Source of the DNA: an uncultured Chloroflexia bacterium
GTDB lineage: Bacteria; Chloroflexota; Anaerolineae; B4-G1; SLSP01
Direction of reading: 5' to 3'
DNA length: 64,000 nucleotides
NCBI GenBank assembly: GCA_963751345.1
Contig: CAVVUS010000033.1
Span: 1-64,000, forward strand
The position numbers were made by a program, and so were the translations under genes. The notes below the pieces were generated by a model. The model saw only the letters and a program-made list of their open reading frames with translations, was not told where the DNA came from and made no database searches. Shown here piece after piece: positions 1 to 10,483 of this stretch; position 1 is the stretch's first letter, and each line of letters opens with the position of its first letter.

Positions 1-482
1 CTGTAGCCCATCGGAAGGACTGCGACGGCTTCGTAGCCCTCGGGCAGGGCCAGCACCTCGGCCAACTCGGGCTCGCGGAAGCCGCTGATGTAGCAGCTCG
101 CCAGCCCCAGGTGCACGGCGCCCGAGAAGGATGTTCTCGATGCAGGCCGAGCTGTCGAGATAGACCAGGGTCTTGAGCGCCTTCTCGCCGTAGCGGGCGG
201 CGCTCTTGGCCTTGTTCACCACGACGACGATGAGACCGGCGCCTCCATCAGCCAATCCTGGTGCGCGGTGCCGTCAAAATCGTTGCCCCGGAAGGTCGTA
301 TCGACGATGCGCTGCCGGTTGGCCGGGTCGCGCACGACGATGAACTCCCACGGGTGCAGGTTGCCTGCGCTGGGCGCGGCGTGTCCGTAGGCCAGCAGCT
401 TTGCCACGAGCGCGTCGGGCACGTCCCGGTCTGTGTACGAGCGGATGCTGCGCCGCTTTGCGATGATGTCGTCAAAATCCAT
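1..482 (-). CDS. Nitroreductase family protein (3' end beyond window; frameshift near 235)
   Basis: MDFDDIIAKRRSIRSY...AAPSAGNLHPWEFIVV; continuation in another frame includes LGLASCYISGFREPELAEVLALPEGYEAVAVLPMGY; GAGGAG RBS upstream of ATG 482. Confidence 0.85.
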
Positions 483-533
483 ACTGCCTCCTCGGTGCCG
501 TGGCTGCGTCACCCGCCGTGAATCGCCGGGCTG

Positions 534-785
534 GCAGCGCACGCCATAGCTGCGAGCCCTCGCCCGGCGATGCCGCCCGCTCATTGGCCAGCGCATCCGT
601 ATGGCTGCGATCCCTCGCCCGGTGCTCCAGAGGGCAGGGACAAGCTCCGATAGACATCAGGCTGAGGTCGCCAAGCCGGTGCCGGGGAGCCTTCCGAGGT
701 CCCCGGCACCTGAAACGCAAACCTCGATGGCCGCGGTAGCCCTGTCTTCAAGTGCCGGGCGACTTCACGACAAGGTCCCCGGCAC
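534..785. repeat. Intergenic repeats: two imperfect ~35-bp direct repeats and two GTGCCGGG...CCCGGCAC hairpins
   Basis: cagcgca..gctgcga.ccctcgcccgg at ~534 and ~589; hairpins at ~679-710 and ~752-785. Confidence 0.6.
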
Positions 786-816
786 GTGATCCGCTGGGCG
801 GCGCTGCCGGAGCACG

Positions 817-1570
817 CTACAGGCGAATATACAGCTCGTCCAGGTTGCTGATTTTGCCGCTCTTGATCTTTGGCGGCGTGGCGAAGGCCGTCTTCGAGTG
901 CATCAGCCCACTGCCGACCAGCGCTTCCGCGATCTTGAGTCCCGTCAGCGACGGGTTGACCACGGGTACGCCGACGGCGGCCTCGATCTCCTTGGCAACG
1001 TCGAGGAAGCCCATCGACATACATCCGAGCGCGAGCACGTCGGCGCGGTCACGCTCGACCGCGAGCCGGCCCGCTGCGGCGATCGTCGCCAGCGAGGCCG
1101 CCCGATCGGTGGCCAACTCGAGTACCGGTATGTTGACGGCGACCACCGAGGCGAGTTTCGCCGACACCCCGGCCTTGTAGGCCAGATCGTACCCGCTGGC
1201 GATCATGCTGTCGTCGATCGTGAGGATCGAGAACCTGTGGCCCAGCATCGCGGCGACCTGCAAGCTCGTCTGGCCCGGGCCGACGACCAGCATCGAGTCG
1301 GTGATCTCGCGTGCGGCGTCGAGGCCGGGGTCGCCCGCGCAGCCCGAGGATTGCCGCATCGTAGCCCTGCCGCTGTGCCTCGTAGATCAGCTTCATTGCC
1401 GCGGGAATGCTCAGATACTCCTCGTACATGCTCTCAATGGAGGCCGGACCCTCGCTCGCGCAGATGATGTCCACCTCGGTGCCGGGGAATGCCCATTCGC
1501 GCAGCAGCCCGACGCGCCGGTTCAGTTCGTTGTGGTCCATAGGACCCGGGACGGCATAGAGTATCTTCAT
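817..1570 (-). CDS. Asp/Glu/hydantoin racemase family (frameshift near 1345)
   Basis: GPASIES, (IL)GCAGDPG and LGCMSMGF two-Cys motifs, GVPVVNP; joins ORFs 1049-1570 and 817-1359. Confidence 0.85.
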
Positions 1571-1671
1571 GCGTATTTCCCTTTCTGTTTTCCTCCCACA
1601 CTGGGAGTTTGTCTGCCGCGTATCTTCCCTCCCCCGTGGGGGAAAGAGCTTGCCTGGTGGATAGCTAAGCC

Positions 1672-1766
1672 GGTTCGTAGTAACGACTTCAGTCGTTCTG
1701 GTGCCTCAGAAGGCGCGCCCAGCCGAGTGGGCGGCGCCAGAACCGATGAATCGGTTACTACGAACC
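1672..1766. repeat. REP-like inverted pair (GTAGTAACGACTTCAGTCGTT type)
   Basis: ggttcgtagtaacgacttcagtcgttctgg ... ccagaaccgatgaatcggttactacgaacc; each arm is itself a GTAG-headed hairpin. Confidence 0.75.
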
Positions 1767-1787
1767 CAGAATCAGCTTAACTGAGCA

Positions 1788-2996
1788 CTAGTACCAGACC
1801 TCTTTGAGGACGCGGATGATGTTCTGACCCATCGCCTTGGCGATATCCTCGTCGGAGTAGCCCTGCTGCACGAGATAGCGGAGGGTGTTCTTGGAGCCCT
1901 CGGTCGGGTTCTCGATGCCGCGGACGTAGTCGACTTCCTCGAAGGCGGCGGCGTTCCCCTGCGTGCCCTTGGTCGAGAGGTGCGCGGCGAAGGCGTGATG
2001 CAGCCCGACGTGATCGCCATAGAGCGTGTCGGGGCCAAAGGCCACGTGGTCGATGCCGACCAGGTCCTTGACGTACTCAAAGTGCTCCATATAGGAATCG
2101 ATCGAGTGCTCGGTCGTGGCCTGCGTGATCGTGGTGTGGGGGGCCGCCTCAATGCCGATGACGCCGCCGCGGGCCGCGCACGCCTTGAGCACGTGGTCGG
2201 GCGACAGCCGCCGGCTGTCCCACAACGTCTTGGCGCCGACGTGGCTCAGGAAGATGGGCTTGGTGCTGTGCTCGATGACGTCGAGCGTGGTCTCGATGCC
2301 GACGTGCGAGCAGTCAATGGCCATGCCCAGCTTGTTCATCCGCGTGACGACCTGCTTCCCGAAGGCGGTCAGACCGCCATCGCGATCCTCTTTCAGCCCG
2401 GAGCCCAGGGCGTTGGACTCGCTGTAGGTGATGCCCATCAGCCGGACGCCCAGACCGTAGAGGATGTCGACGCGATCGACCTCGTTCTCGATGGGCGCGG
2501 CGCCCTCGACCACGAAGACCAGCGCCAGCTTGCCCTCGGCGTGCGCGCGCTCGATGTCGGCGACACGCTCGGCCTTGAAGATGAAATCCTGGTGGGCGAT
2601 GTCGGAGAGCCGCATGCCGATGTCGTGGACGACGGACTCCCACTTCCACCCGGCCTTGGAGTGGATCGTGCAGGTGCCGTCCATCAGGTTGTCGAAGACG
2701 CAGTCCCAGTTGCTTCGCGCCAGGGCCGCGTACGCCGTCGCCTGGCGCCCCTCGCGATTGTACTCAAAGACGTCGCGCGCGATGTCCGTCGGGAAAAGGA
2801 CGGGATGCTCGTGCAATGAGATGCAGACCAGGTCTTCGGCGAGCCGGTCGACCCGTGCTTCCTCATCCGTATTCAGCGGGATGAGGTATTCGGGGAAGAT
2901 GTGATCCCCGTCACAGAGATCGAAAGCGCGGTAGTCGACCCCTTCCTCCAGGTACTGGAACGATGTGTAGCCGTCGTAAACGTGTTTCTTTCCCAT
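1788..2996 (-). CDS. M19 (membrane dipeptidase-like) amidohydrolase, paralog 3
   Basis: SLHEHP, VVEGA, LYGLGVRLMGITY, GLTAFGKQVV, IDCSH, LSH, GGVIGI, DHVAFGPD; start MGKKH after GAAGGAG. Confidence 0.88.
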   Translation of the reverse strand: MGKKHVYDGYTSFQYLEEGVDYRAFDLCDGDHIFPEYLIPLNTDEEARVDRLAEDLVCISLHEHPVLFPTDIARDVFEYNREGRQATAYAALARSNWDCVFDNLMDGTCTIHSKAGWKWESVVHDIGMRLSDIAHQDFIFKAERVADIERAHAEGKLALVFVVEGAAPIENEVDRVDILYGLGVRLMGITYSESNALGSGLKEDRDGGLTAFGKQVVTRMNKLGMAIDCSHVGIETTLDVIEHSTKPIFLSHVGAKTLWDSRRLSPDHVLKACAARGGVIGIEAAPHTTITQATTEHSIDSYMEHFEYVKDLVGIDHVAFGPDTLYGDHVGLHHAFAAHLSTKGTQGNAAAFEEVDYVRGIENPTEGSKNTLRYLVQQGYSDEDIAKAMGQNIIRVLKEVWY

Positions 2997-3062
2997 CAGA
3001 TAGGCTCCTTCAATGAATGAGTGTAGCTCGCGTCGTCCGAACGTGGCGATAGCCTCGTCCCA

Positions 3063-3095
3063 ACCTTGCGAAGGTTTCCGAAACCTTCGCAAGGT
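3063..3095. repeat. Perfect 16-bp inverted repeat, REP-like
   Basis: accttgcgaaggtttc-c-gaaaccttcgcaaggt. Confidence 0.75.
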
Positions 3096-3136
3096 CAAGA
3101 TCGGACGCAAGGTTCAGGGCGACCGACGAGCCCGGT

Positions 3137-5257
3137 TCAACTTACCTGTGGCACTGCCGCGTAGAGATGGCAGAGCGCCTGTTGGCCTGCGGCGACCTCT
3201 ATCCAGGGCGGGGCCACCTCACGGCAGACGGGCATGACCTCCGGGCAGCGATCCTGGAAGAGACACCCGGTCGGCAGGTCGACCGCCTGCGGCACGCCCT
3301 CGCGAATGCGCGGCTCGGGCGACGGCAACGTCGGATCGGGCACCGGCACTGCCGACACCAGCGCCTGCGTATACGGGTGCTTCGGCCCCGCGATCACCTG
3401 GCGGGCCGGTCCGAGTTCGACGATCTGCCCGAGGTACATCACGGCGATGCGGTCGCACGTATACTGCAGCAGCGCCAGATCGTGCGAGATGTAGACGGTG
3501 GTTAGCCCCATCTCACGCGTCAGACCCCGCATCGTGTTGAGAATGCCGGCCCGGACCGAGACGTCGAGCATCGAGACGGGTTCGTCGGCGACCAGGAACT
3601 CGGGCCGGAGCACCAGCGCCCGTGCGAGCACGATGCGCTGCAACTGCCCGCCGGAGAGCTGGTGCGGGTACTTATTCAGGAAGCTCTCGGGCGGGTGGAG
3701 GTTGACCGCGACGAGCGTCTCGAGGATGCGCTCGATGCGTCGCCCCTCGTCGTCCCACCCGTGGATGATCAGGGGCTCGGAGAGCGAGCGGTAGATCGTG
3801 GTCCGCGGGTTGAGCGCTTCAAAGGGGTTCTGGAACATCAATTGCGCGCGATTGCGGAACTGCTTGAGCTCGGGGCCGCGAAGATGGGCGATGTCCTCGC
3901 CCTTGAAGCTGACGCTGCCCTCGGTCGGTTCGAGCAGGCGGACCAGCAGGCTGCCGGTCGTCGTCTTGCCGCAGCCGCTCTCGCCGGCTAACCCCAGGCT
4001 CTCGCCGCGTTTCAGATCGAAGCTGACACCGTTGACCGCGTAGACGGTCTGGGGGCCCTTTCCGCGGGCCAGTGAGGCCAACCCGCCGTGCAGCCGGTAG
4101 TGTTTGGCCAGCCCGTAGACGTTGAGCAAGACGTCGTCCTCCGGAAGACGACCCGCCGGGTCGTCTCTACCGGCGGCGGCGTCGTGGAGGCGAGGCAGTG
4201 CCCTGTCCTCTGCTGCCGGGCGGGGCGCCAGGCCGAGCTCGCGCGCGGCCTCGGTCTCACGCCAGGTGGCGGGGTCGGAGGCCCACGCCCGCAGCCCGCC
4301 GAGTTCGGCGGCGCGCAGGCAAGCACTGGTGTGCCCCGGCGCGACCTCGACGAGGGGGGGCTCGCCCGCGCGGCAGGCGTCGATAACGAAAGGACACCGG
4401 TGTGCAAAGCGGCACGCCGTGGGTACCTCCAGCAGGTCCGGCGGATACCCCTCGATGGCGACGAGTTCGTCCTTAGGCCGGACCAGGTTGGGGAAGGCGT
4501 TCTGCAGCCCCAGCGTGTAGGGATGGAGGGGCGCGCCGAAGATCGACAGCGCCGGCGCCTGCTCCATCAACCGTCCCGCGTACATCACGGCGACGGCGTT
4601 GCAGACCGAGGCCACGACCGAGATGTCGTGGGTGATGAGCATGACGGTCAGGTTGAGCTCGTCTTCGAGGCGCTTGAGCACCTGCAGGACCTGGTGTTGG
4701 ACGACGACGTCGAGCGCGGTGACGGGTTCGTCGGCGATCAGCAGCGACGGGTTGAGCGCGAGCGCTGTCGCGATGACGGCGCGCTGCTTCATCCCGCCGG
4801 AGAACTCGTGCGGGTACTGGTCGAGCGTGTGGGCTTCCAGGCCGACGAGATCGAAGAGCTCGACGGAGCGGCGCTTGGCGGACCGGCGATCGAGGCCGCC
4901 GCGCACGCGCAGCACCTCGACGAGCTGCGATCCCACACGCTGCACGGGATCGAGCGAGTCCATCGAAGCCTGGGGGATGGTCGCGATCTCACGCCAGCGG
5001 AGGGCACGCATCTCACGCCTGGAGAGGGAGAGCAGGTCCCGGCCCTTGAAGAGGATCGAGCCTGATTCGATGTGCCCGTTGCCTGCGAGCACGCGCATCA
5101 CGGCGCGCGCGAGGGTGGTCTTGCCGCAGCCCGACTCGCCGATGATGCCCAGGTGCTGGGCCTCCTGCAGATCCATCGACACGTGGTCGACGGCTCTCAC
5201 AGTGCCTCGCTGGGTTCTGTATGCGACGACGAGGTCGCGGATCTCTAGGAGTGACAT
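3137..5257 (-). CDS. Fused DppD/DppF-type peptide ABC transporter ATPase
   Basis: Two GESGCGKT Walker A motifs, FSGGMKQR/LSGGQLQR signatures, IADEP/VADEP, HPYT and C-terminal CxFxxRC oligopeptide domains. Confidence 0.93.
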   Translation of the reverse strand: MSLLEIRDLVVAYRTQRGTVRAVDHVSMDLQEAQHLGIIGESGCGKTTLARAVMRVLAGNGHIESGSILFKGRDLLSLSRREMRALRWREIATIPQASMDSLDPVQRVGSQLVEVLRVRGGLDRRSAKRRSVELFDLVGLEAHTLDQYPHEFSGGMKQRAVIATALALNPSLLIADEPVTALDVVVQHQVLQVLKRLEDELNLTVMLITHDISVVASVCNAVAVMYAGRLMEQAPALSIFGAPLHPYTLGLQNAFPNLVRPKDELVAIEGYPPDLLEVPTACRFAHRCPFVIDACRAGEPPLVEVAPGHTSACLRAAELGGLRAWASDPATWRETEAARELGLAPRPAAEDRALPRLHDAAAGRDDPAGRLPEDDVLLNVYGLAKHYRLHGGLASLARGKGPQTVYAVNGVSFDLKRGESLGLAGESGCGKTTTGSLLVRLLEPTEGSVSFKGEDIAHLRGPELKQFRNRAQLMFQNPFEALNPRTTIYRSLSEPLIIHGWDDEGRRIERILETLVAVNLHPPESFLNKYPHQLSGGQLQRIVLARALVLRPEFLVADEPVSMLDVSVRAGILNTMRGLTREMGLTTVYISHDLALLQYTCDRIAVMYLGQIVELGPARQVIAGPKHPYTQALVSAVPVPDPTLPSPEPRIREGVPQAVDLPTGCLFQDRCPEVMPVCREVAPPWIEVAAGQQALCHLYAAVPQVS

Positions 5258-5269
5258 CGTCCCACCCTC

Positions 5270-6208
5270 CTACTGCCGCCGGAGATGAGGGAAGAGAACT
5301 TCCTCAAATCCCCGGCTGATGAAGAAGCCCGCCATCACACTGAGCATGATGCAGATGCCCGGCGGCACGATCCAATAGGTCGCTCCGCGAGACATCGCCT
5401 GCGATACGAAGGCATCCTGGAGCATATAGCCCCAGCTCACGGTGTTGGGGTCGCCAAAGCCCAGGAAGCTCACGCTGGCCTCGGTGAGAATGGCCCATCC
5501 GATGGCGAGCGAGCCGTAGAGGAAGGTGAGAGGCAGGATGCTGGGCGCGATATAGAGGAGCATAATCCGCATGTCGCTGGCCCCGGAGACGCGCGCCGCC
5601 TGAACGAAGGCCTTCTCCTTGACGATCAGGACCTGGGCGCGGATCACGCGGGCCGTATCGCGCCAGAGCAGCCCCGCCATCGCGAAGACCACGTTCCAGA
5701 TGCTGGGTCTGAGAAAGGCCACCAGGATGATGATCAGCGGAAGGAAGGGGATCCCGAAGGCGATGTCGGTGAGCCGCATCAGCACGGCCTCCACCCAGCC
5801 GCCGAAGTAGCCTGCGACCAGGCCGACGATCGTCCCGATGATCGAGACGGCGACGGCGGCGGAGAAACCGACGAGCAGCGCGGTGCGGGCGCCAAAGACC
5901 AACTGCGAGAAGATGTCACGCCCGAGGTTGGTGGTGCCCAGGATGAAGGGATCCCCGGGTTTCTGGTTGGCGAGCCAGATCCCGACGTCGTCCTGGATCA
6001 CCTCCAGCTCGCCGTAGGGCGCGATGATCGGTGCAAAGAGTGCGACGATAATGAAGATGACGTAGATGATGGCGCCAATGAGGGCCAGGCGATCCTGGCG
6101 GAACACGTCTCTTGCGATCCCAAGGACCGCGGTAAAGGGAGACTCGTGCTTGATGTACGGCAGGACTGCGCTGACTTTCGGCATTCTGGTCGGTAGGGGT
6201 GTAGCCAT
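5270..6208 (-). CDS. Peptide ABC transporter permease (DppC/OppC)
   Basis: LGTTNLGRDIFSQLVFGAR, FVQAARVSGAS EAA loop, SFLGFGDP..SWG. Confidence 0.92.
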   Translation of the reverse strand: MATPLPTRMPKVSAVLPYIKHESPFTAVLGIARDVFRQDRLALIGAIIYVIFIIVALFAPIIAPYGELEVIQDDVGIWLANQKPGDPFILGTTNLGRDIFSQLVFGARTALLVGFSAAVAVSIIGTIVGLVAGYFGGWVEAVLMRLTDIAFGIPFLPLIIILVAFLRPSIWNVVFAMAGLLWRDTARVIRAQVLIVKEKAFVQAARVSGASDMRIMLLYIAPSILPLTFLYGSLAIGWAILTEASVSFLGFGDPNTVSWGYMLQDAFVSQAMSRGATYWIVPPGICIMLSVMAGFFISRGFEEVLFPHLRRQ

Positions 6209-6224
6209 TTGATCCCTCGCTTTC

Positions 6225-7226
6225 CTAGCCATTGGCCCGGTCGGACGAACCGACACGCGGATCCAGGACACCATAGAGAAGGTCGGCGACGAAGTTCATC
6301 AGCAGCATAATGACCGCGATAAAGAAGAAGGCGCCCTGGGCCAGGGGATAATCGCTGCTGGCGACCGCATTGACCAAGAAGCCTGCCCACGCCGGGCCAG
6401 CCGAAGACGTTCTCAATGACGACGTTGCCGCCGATCGAGTAGCCGATACCCAGCGCGAGTGCCGTCACGACCGGGAGCAGCGCGTTGCGCGCCGCGTGCC
6501 GCACCATCAGCCGCCAGTTGGTGTAGCCGATCATCCGTCCCATCGTGATGAAGTCGTCCTGCAGGATCTCCAGCATGTTCGACCGCATCAGCAGCAGGGG
6601 GAGACCGTGCAGATAGAGTGCCAGGGTAAACGTGGGCAGGACCATGTGCCGCCAGAAGTCGAGAGACGAGGACCTTCTGCAGCTCGGTATCATAGATCGT
6701 GCCTGCGCTCGTCGCGCCCGACGATGGGAGCCAGTTGAGCTTGAAGGCAAAGATGGTCAGCAGGATCATGCCCACCCAGAACTCCGGTGCGGAGCGGGTC
6801 ATCAGCGTGAACGTCACGCTGATCTTCTCAAAGGCGCGTGCCCCTGAACCACGCCATCACGATGCCGCCGACGACGCCGAGAAGATAGGCGACGATGAGT
6901 GCCGCGAAGTTGAGGTAGAGCGTGTTCGGGAGGACCGCGAGCACCATCTGGACCACGGGTTGCCGGTGCATGAAGGAGTCGCCGAACTCGCCCACGAACA
7001 GGTTCTTCAGGTAGATCAGGTACTGGATGCCGAGCGGCTTATCCAGGCCGAAGCTCCGCAGCAGCTTCTCCTGTTGATCAGCGGTGAAGTTCGTGTCGAT
7101 ATAGGCTGCCAGCGGGTTCCCGGGCGCGAGCCGGAACACCAGGAACAGCACGGTGACGATGACCCAGAGCACCAGTAGTGCCTGGAGCACCCGGCCTCCC
7201 AGGTAGCGTAAGATCCCCCTCTTCAT
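6225..7226 (-). CDS. Peptide ABC transporter permease (DppB/OppB), several frameshifts
   Basis: LAPGNP, FGLDKPLGIQY, GEFGDSF, PEFWVG, HMVLP, RHAARNALLP, IENVFGWPG, DYPLAQG, ADLLYGVLDPRV across four ORF pieces. Confidence 0.88.
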
Positions 7227-7264
7227 AATTGGCCTCCGATTCCCTCTTGTGCGGTCTCTACGCG

Positions 7265-7324
7265 AGACCTTTGGGGTTTCCTTCTCTAGCAGTCGGCTAC
7301 TCAACAAGGAAACCCCAAAGGTCT
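7265..7324. repeat. AGACCTTTGGGGTTT palindromic element, copy 1
   Basis: agacctttggggtttcctt ... aaggaaaccccaaaggtct. Confidence 0.8.
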
Positions 7325-7333
7325 TCCCCGGCG

Positions 7334-7371
7334 AGGGGAAAGGCCGGAGTCCCCACTCCGCCTTTCCCCTA
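7334..7371 (-). terminator. Stem-loop after SBP gene (terminator or mRNA stabiliser)
   Basis: aggggaaaggc(c)ggagt-cccc-actccgcctttcccct just downstream of the SBP stop; no clear U-tract. Confidence 0.5.
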
Positions 7372-7385
7372 CCGTGAAACGATTG

Positions 7386-9128
7386 TTACTGCCCGGCGGG
7401 CATCAGCAGGTTGCCGTCGGCATCCCAGCTGTAGCCTGCCTCGGCGAGCACCGATCGCGCGGTGTCGAGGCTGTAGTCGTAGTGCGGCAGATCGGGATTG
7501 TGCCAGTAGTCGATGGCGCGGGAGACGTAGGAGTCTGCGGGCTCGGCATATCCCTTGAAGATGTTGGCGATGATGGCATCCACAGGCACCGCGTGGGCGA
7601 TGGCCTGGCGGAAGGCCAGGTCATTGAAGGGCGCCAGGCGTAGGTTCATCGCGAAGAAGCGGAAGCCCAGCTCGGTCGTGGCGACCATCGTCAGGTTGGG
7701 ATCGGCAGCGGCAGCATCCGCGAGGATGGTGGCGTCACCGGTCCACTCCATCAGGAAGTTGATCTCGCCGGTCTTGAGCTGGCCCAGGGCCGACTCGACG
7801 TTGGGGATGATGCGGCGAATCCAGCGATCGGCCACGGGGGGCTGGAAGTAGTCAGGATTGCGTTCGAGCACGACTTCCTCGGAGGCCTTCCAGTTGACGA
7901 AGCGGTAGGGACCGGAGCCGATCGGTACCTCTTCTTGGTAGCTCTCGGTGTTGTCCTCGGTATCCAGCAGGCCGGTGACGATCGGTTCCCAGATGTGTTT
8001 CGGGATCAGGTTGACCTTGGAGAGAGAGGCGGTCTCGAAGGCGACCCAGGGCTCGCTCAACGTGAAGCGGACCGTGAGGTCGTCGATCTTGTCCATATTG
8101 GCCACTTTGGAGGCGAACGGCGCGTACATCGGCGCCTCGCCGCTCATCGGGACCTCGTACGAGTAGATCACGTCATCAGCGGTCAGCGGCTCGCCATCGT
8201 GCCAGAGCTGACCGGGGCGCAGCGTCACCACGCAGTTCAGGTCGTCTTCCCAGACCACGGACTCTGCGGCCCACGGGATGGGCAGACCGTCGGCGCCGAC
8301 GCGCATCAGGCGGTCCCAGATGAGCTCGGTCACGCGCGAGTCGGAGTCACCGGAGATATAGAAGGGGTTGATGGACTTGACGTCCTCGCTCGTGTTGACG
8401 ATCAGGTCTTTCTGATCGCCCACGGGCGTGGCCTCAATCCAGGTCCAGAAGTTCTTGATACCGATGCCCTGGGCGTCCACCACGGTGGCGGGATCCCAGA
8501 CGTCGTTGCGGAAGGCGAAGGGGAGCTTGGGGTGCGCGACGTAGACGTACGGGAGGTCGGTGGCGATCATATTCTGAAGCTCGTAGATCGCTGCGCGGCG
8601 CTCCTCACGATCGGTCATGCCACGCTGGGCCATGGCCAGCTCGTCGTAGGCGGGGTTGTTGTAGCCGACGAAGTTATAGCCATCCTCGGCGGTCGAGGAG
8701 TGGAAGAGGTTGACCACGAATTCGTCAGGGTCCATCCGCTCGGGACGGCCCACCATACGCCAGGCGGTCATCTGCCAGGTGTCGCGCTCGAACCAGACGA
8801 TGTCGGAGAACTGCAGCCACGGCATCGGGCGGTGCTCGGCGTTGATGCCCAGCTCTTTCATGTTCTCGACCAGAAGCCGCGTCATCTCGAACTCGATGGG
8901 GTCCGCCGCCTGGGTCTCGGAGTAGACCTCGATCAGGGGCACCGGGGCGCCTGCCGGCGCCGGGCTCGGCCGTCGGCTCCGCAGTTGCTTCGGCGGCGGG
9001 TGCTGCCGTCGGCGGCAGTTGCGTCGCGGTGGGGTGCCGCCGTGGGGGCCGCCGTGCTGCACGCGGTCACCGAATGTGACCATGACGGCAAGCAGGCTTA
9101 TGAAGCGCAACCAAGATGTGTGTTTCAT
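7386..9128 (-). CDS. Peptide ABC transporter substrate-binding lipoprotein (family 5)
   Basis: PWAAES, WHDGEPLTADDVIYSY, PIGSGPYRFVNW, PFNDLAFRQAIAHA; lipobox VTAC and a PTA-rich linker appear in shifted frames at ~8960-9070 (compensating indels). Confidence 0.9.
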   Translation of the reverse strand: MKHTSWLRFISLLAVMVTFGDRVQHGGPHGGTPPRRNCRRRQHPPPKQLRSRRPSPAPAGAPVPLIEVYSETQAADPIEFEMTRLLVENMKELGINAEHRPMPWLQFSDIVWFERDTWQMTAWRMVGRPERMDPDEFVVNLFHSSTAEDGYNFVGYNNPAYDELAMAQRGMTDREERRAAIYELQNMIATDLPYVYVAHPKLPFAFRNDVWDPATVVDAQGIGIKNFWTWIEATPVGDQKDLIVNTSEDVKSINPFYISGDSDSRVTELIWDRLMRVGADGLPIPWAAESVVWEDDLNCVVTLRPGQLWHDGEPLTADDVIYSYEVPMSGEAPMYAPFASKVANMDKIDDLTVRFTLSEPWVAFETASLSKVNLIPKHIWEPIVTGLLDTEDNTESYQEEVPIGSGPYRFVNWKASEEVVLERNPDYFQPPVADRWIRRIIPNVESALGQLKTGEINFLMEWTGDATILADAAAADPNLTMVATTELGFRFFAMNLRLAPFNDLAFRQAIAHAVPVDAIIANIFKGYAEPADSYVSRAIDYWHNPDLPHYDYSLDTARSVLAEAGYSWDADGNLLMPAGQ

Positions 9129-9279
9129 TGCTCTCTCCTCCTTAGACTATCCAGAATCGTTTGGCTGGTAGATCGGTATGCTGTGATGATGCTTTGACGC
9201 TATCTATCGCTCTTGTGCTATCACCTCCTTGCTTTCTCTCAGATCCGGTCTCGACACCGGTTTGCTCGTCTCCGCAGGG

Positions 9280-10483
9280 CTAGCGGGCCCACGTCCCCCT
9301 CAGGACGCGCAACGCGTTCCCGCCGACTACCTTGCGGATCTGGTCGCGGCTGTAGCCATGGCTGATCAGCCAGCGGATGACATTCGGAAAGCACTCGGTG
9401 GGATTCTCCAATCCCTTGACGTAGGGAACTTCCTCGAATGCCGGCCCTTGATGTGTGGCCCCGATGGATAGCTGCGCGGCGTAAGCATGGTGTAGCCCGA
9501 CGTGATCGCCGTACAGCGTGTCGGGCCCAAAGGTCACGTGGTCGATGCCGACCAGGTCCGCGACATACTCGAAGTGCTCCATGACCGATTCGATCGAGTG
9601 GTGAGGATGCGCCGCCGTCAGCGTCGTGTGAGGAGCAGCCTCGATCCCGATCAACCCGCCGCCGGCAGCGACGGCCCTGATGGCATCGTCGGACTTCATG
9701 CGGGTGGTGTCCCAGAGCGCGCGCGCGCCGCAGTGCGACATCAGCACGGGTTGGGCGCTGGCCTCGGCAGTCTCGATCGCGGTGCGATCGCCACAATGCG
9801 CGGTGTCGATGGTCATACCGATCTTGTTCATACGGCGCACGACCTTGTGCCCGAATGTGGTCAGGCCGCCGTCATGAATCTCCTTCAGACCCGAGCCCAG
9901 GGCGTTGCTCTCGGAGTAGGTGATGCCCATGACCCGCACCCCTAGCCCGTAGAGCACGTCAACCCGATCGACTTCGTTTTCGATCGGTGTGGCGGCCTCG
10001 AAGCTGGCGACCAGCGCGATGCGGTTCTCGCGCTTGGCCCGGTAGAGGTCGTCGATCGTGCGCGCGACGAAGAGCATCTCCTGGTGGTCGAAATCGCTCC
10101 GGCGAATGCCCAGATCGTGGATCACGTCAGACCATTTCCACCCGGCGTTCGAGGTAATGGTGGCCGTCCCGTCCATGAAGTTCTCGAAGACCACGTCGAG
10201 ACCGGAGGTGGCCAGGCCCTCGAATCCCGTGCGCTCGCGTCCCTGACGGGAGTACTCGTTCGACTCGCGCACGTCCTCGGGCATGATGCTGGTGTGCTCG
10301 TGGAGCGACACGATCATGTCCTCGTCCAGGATCTGCTGGACCAGGGCTTCCTGGTCTCTCGGTCACCGGCACGGTGTAGACCGGCACGCGGTGGGTCTGC
10401 TGTGCCAGATCGAAGGGGCGGTAATCTACCCCTGGGTCCAGATACTGGAACGACTTGTAGCCGTTGTAGCGTTTGGTTTTCAC
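9280..10483 (-). CDS. M19-like amidohydrolase, paralog 2 (frameshift near 10360)
   Basis: MKTKRYNGYKSFQYL N-terminus as in the other paralogs; SLHEHT, SFEAA, IDTAH, MSH, FGPD. Confidence 0.87.
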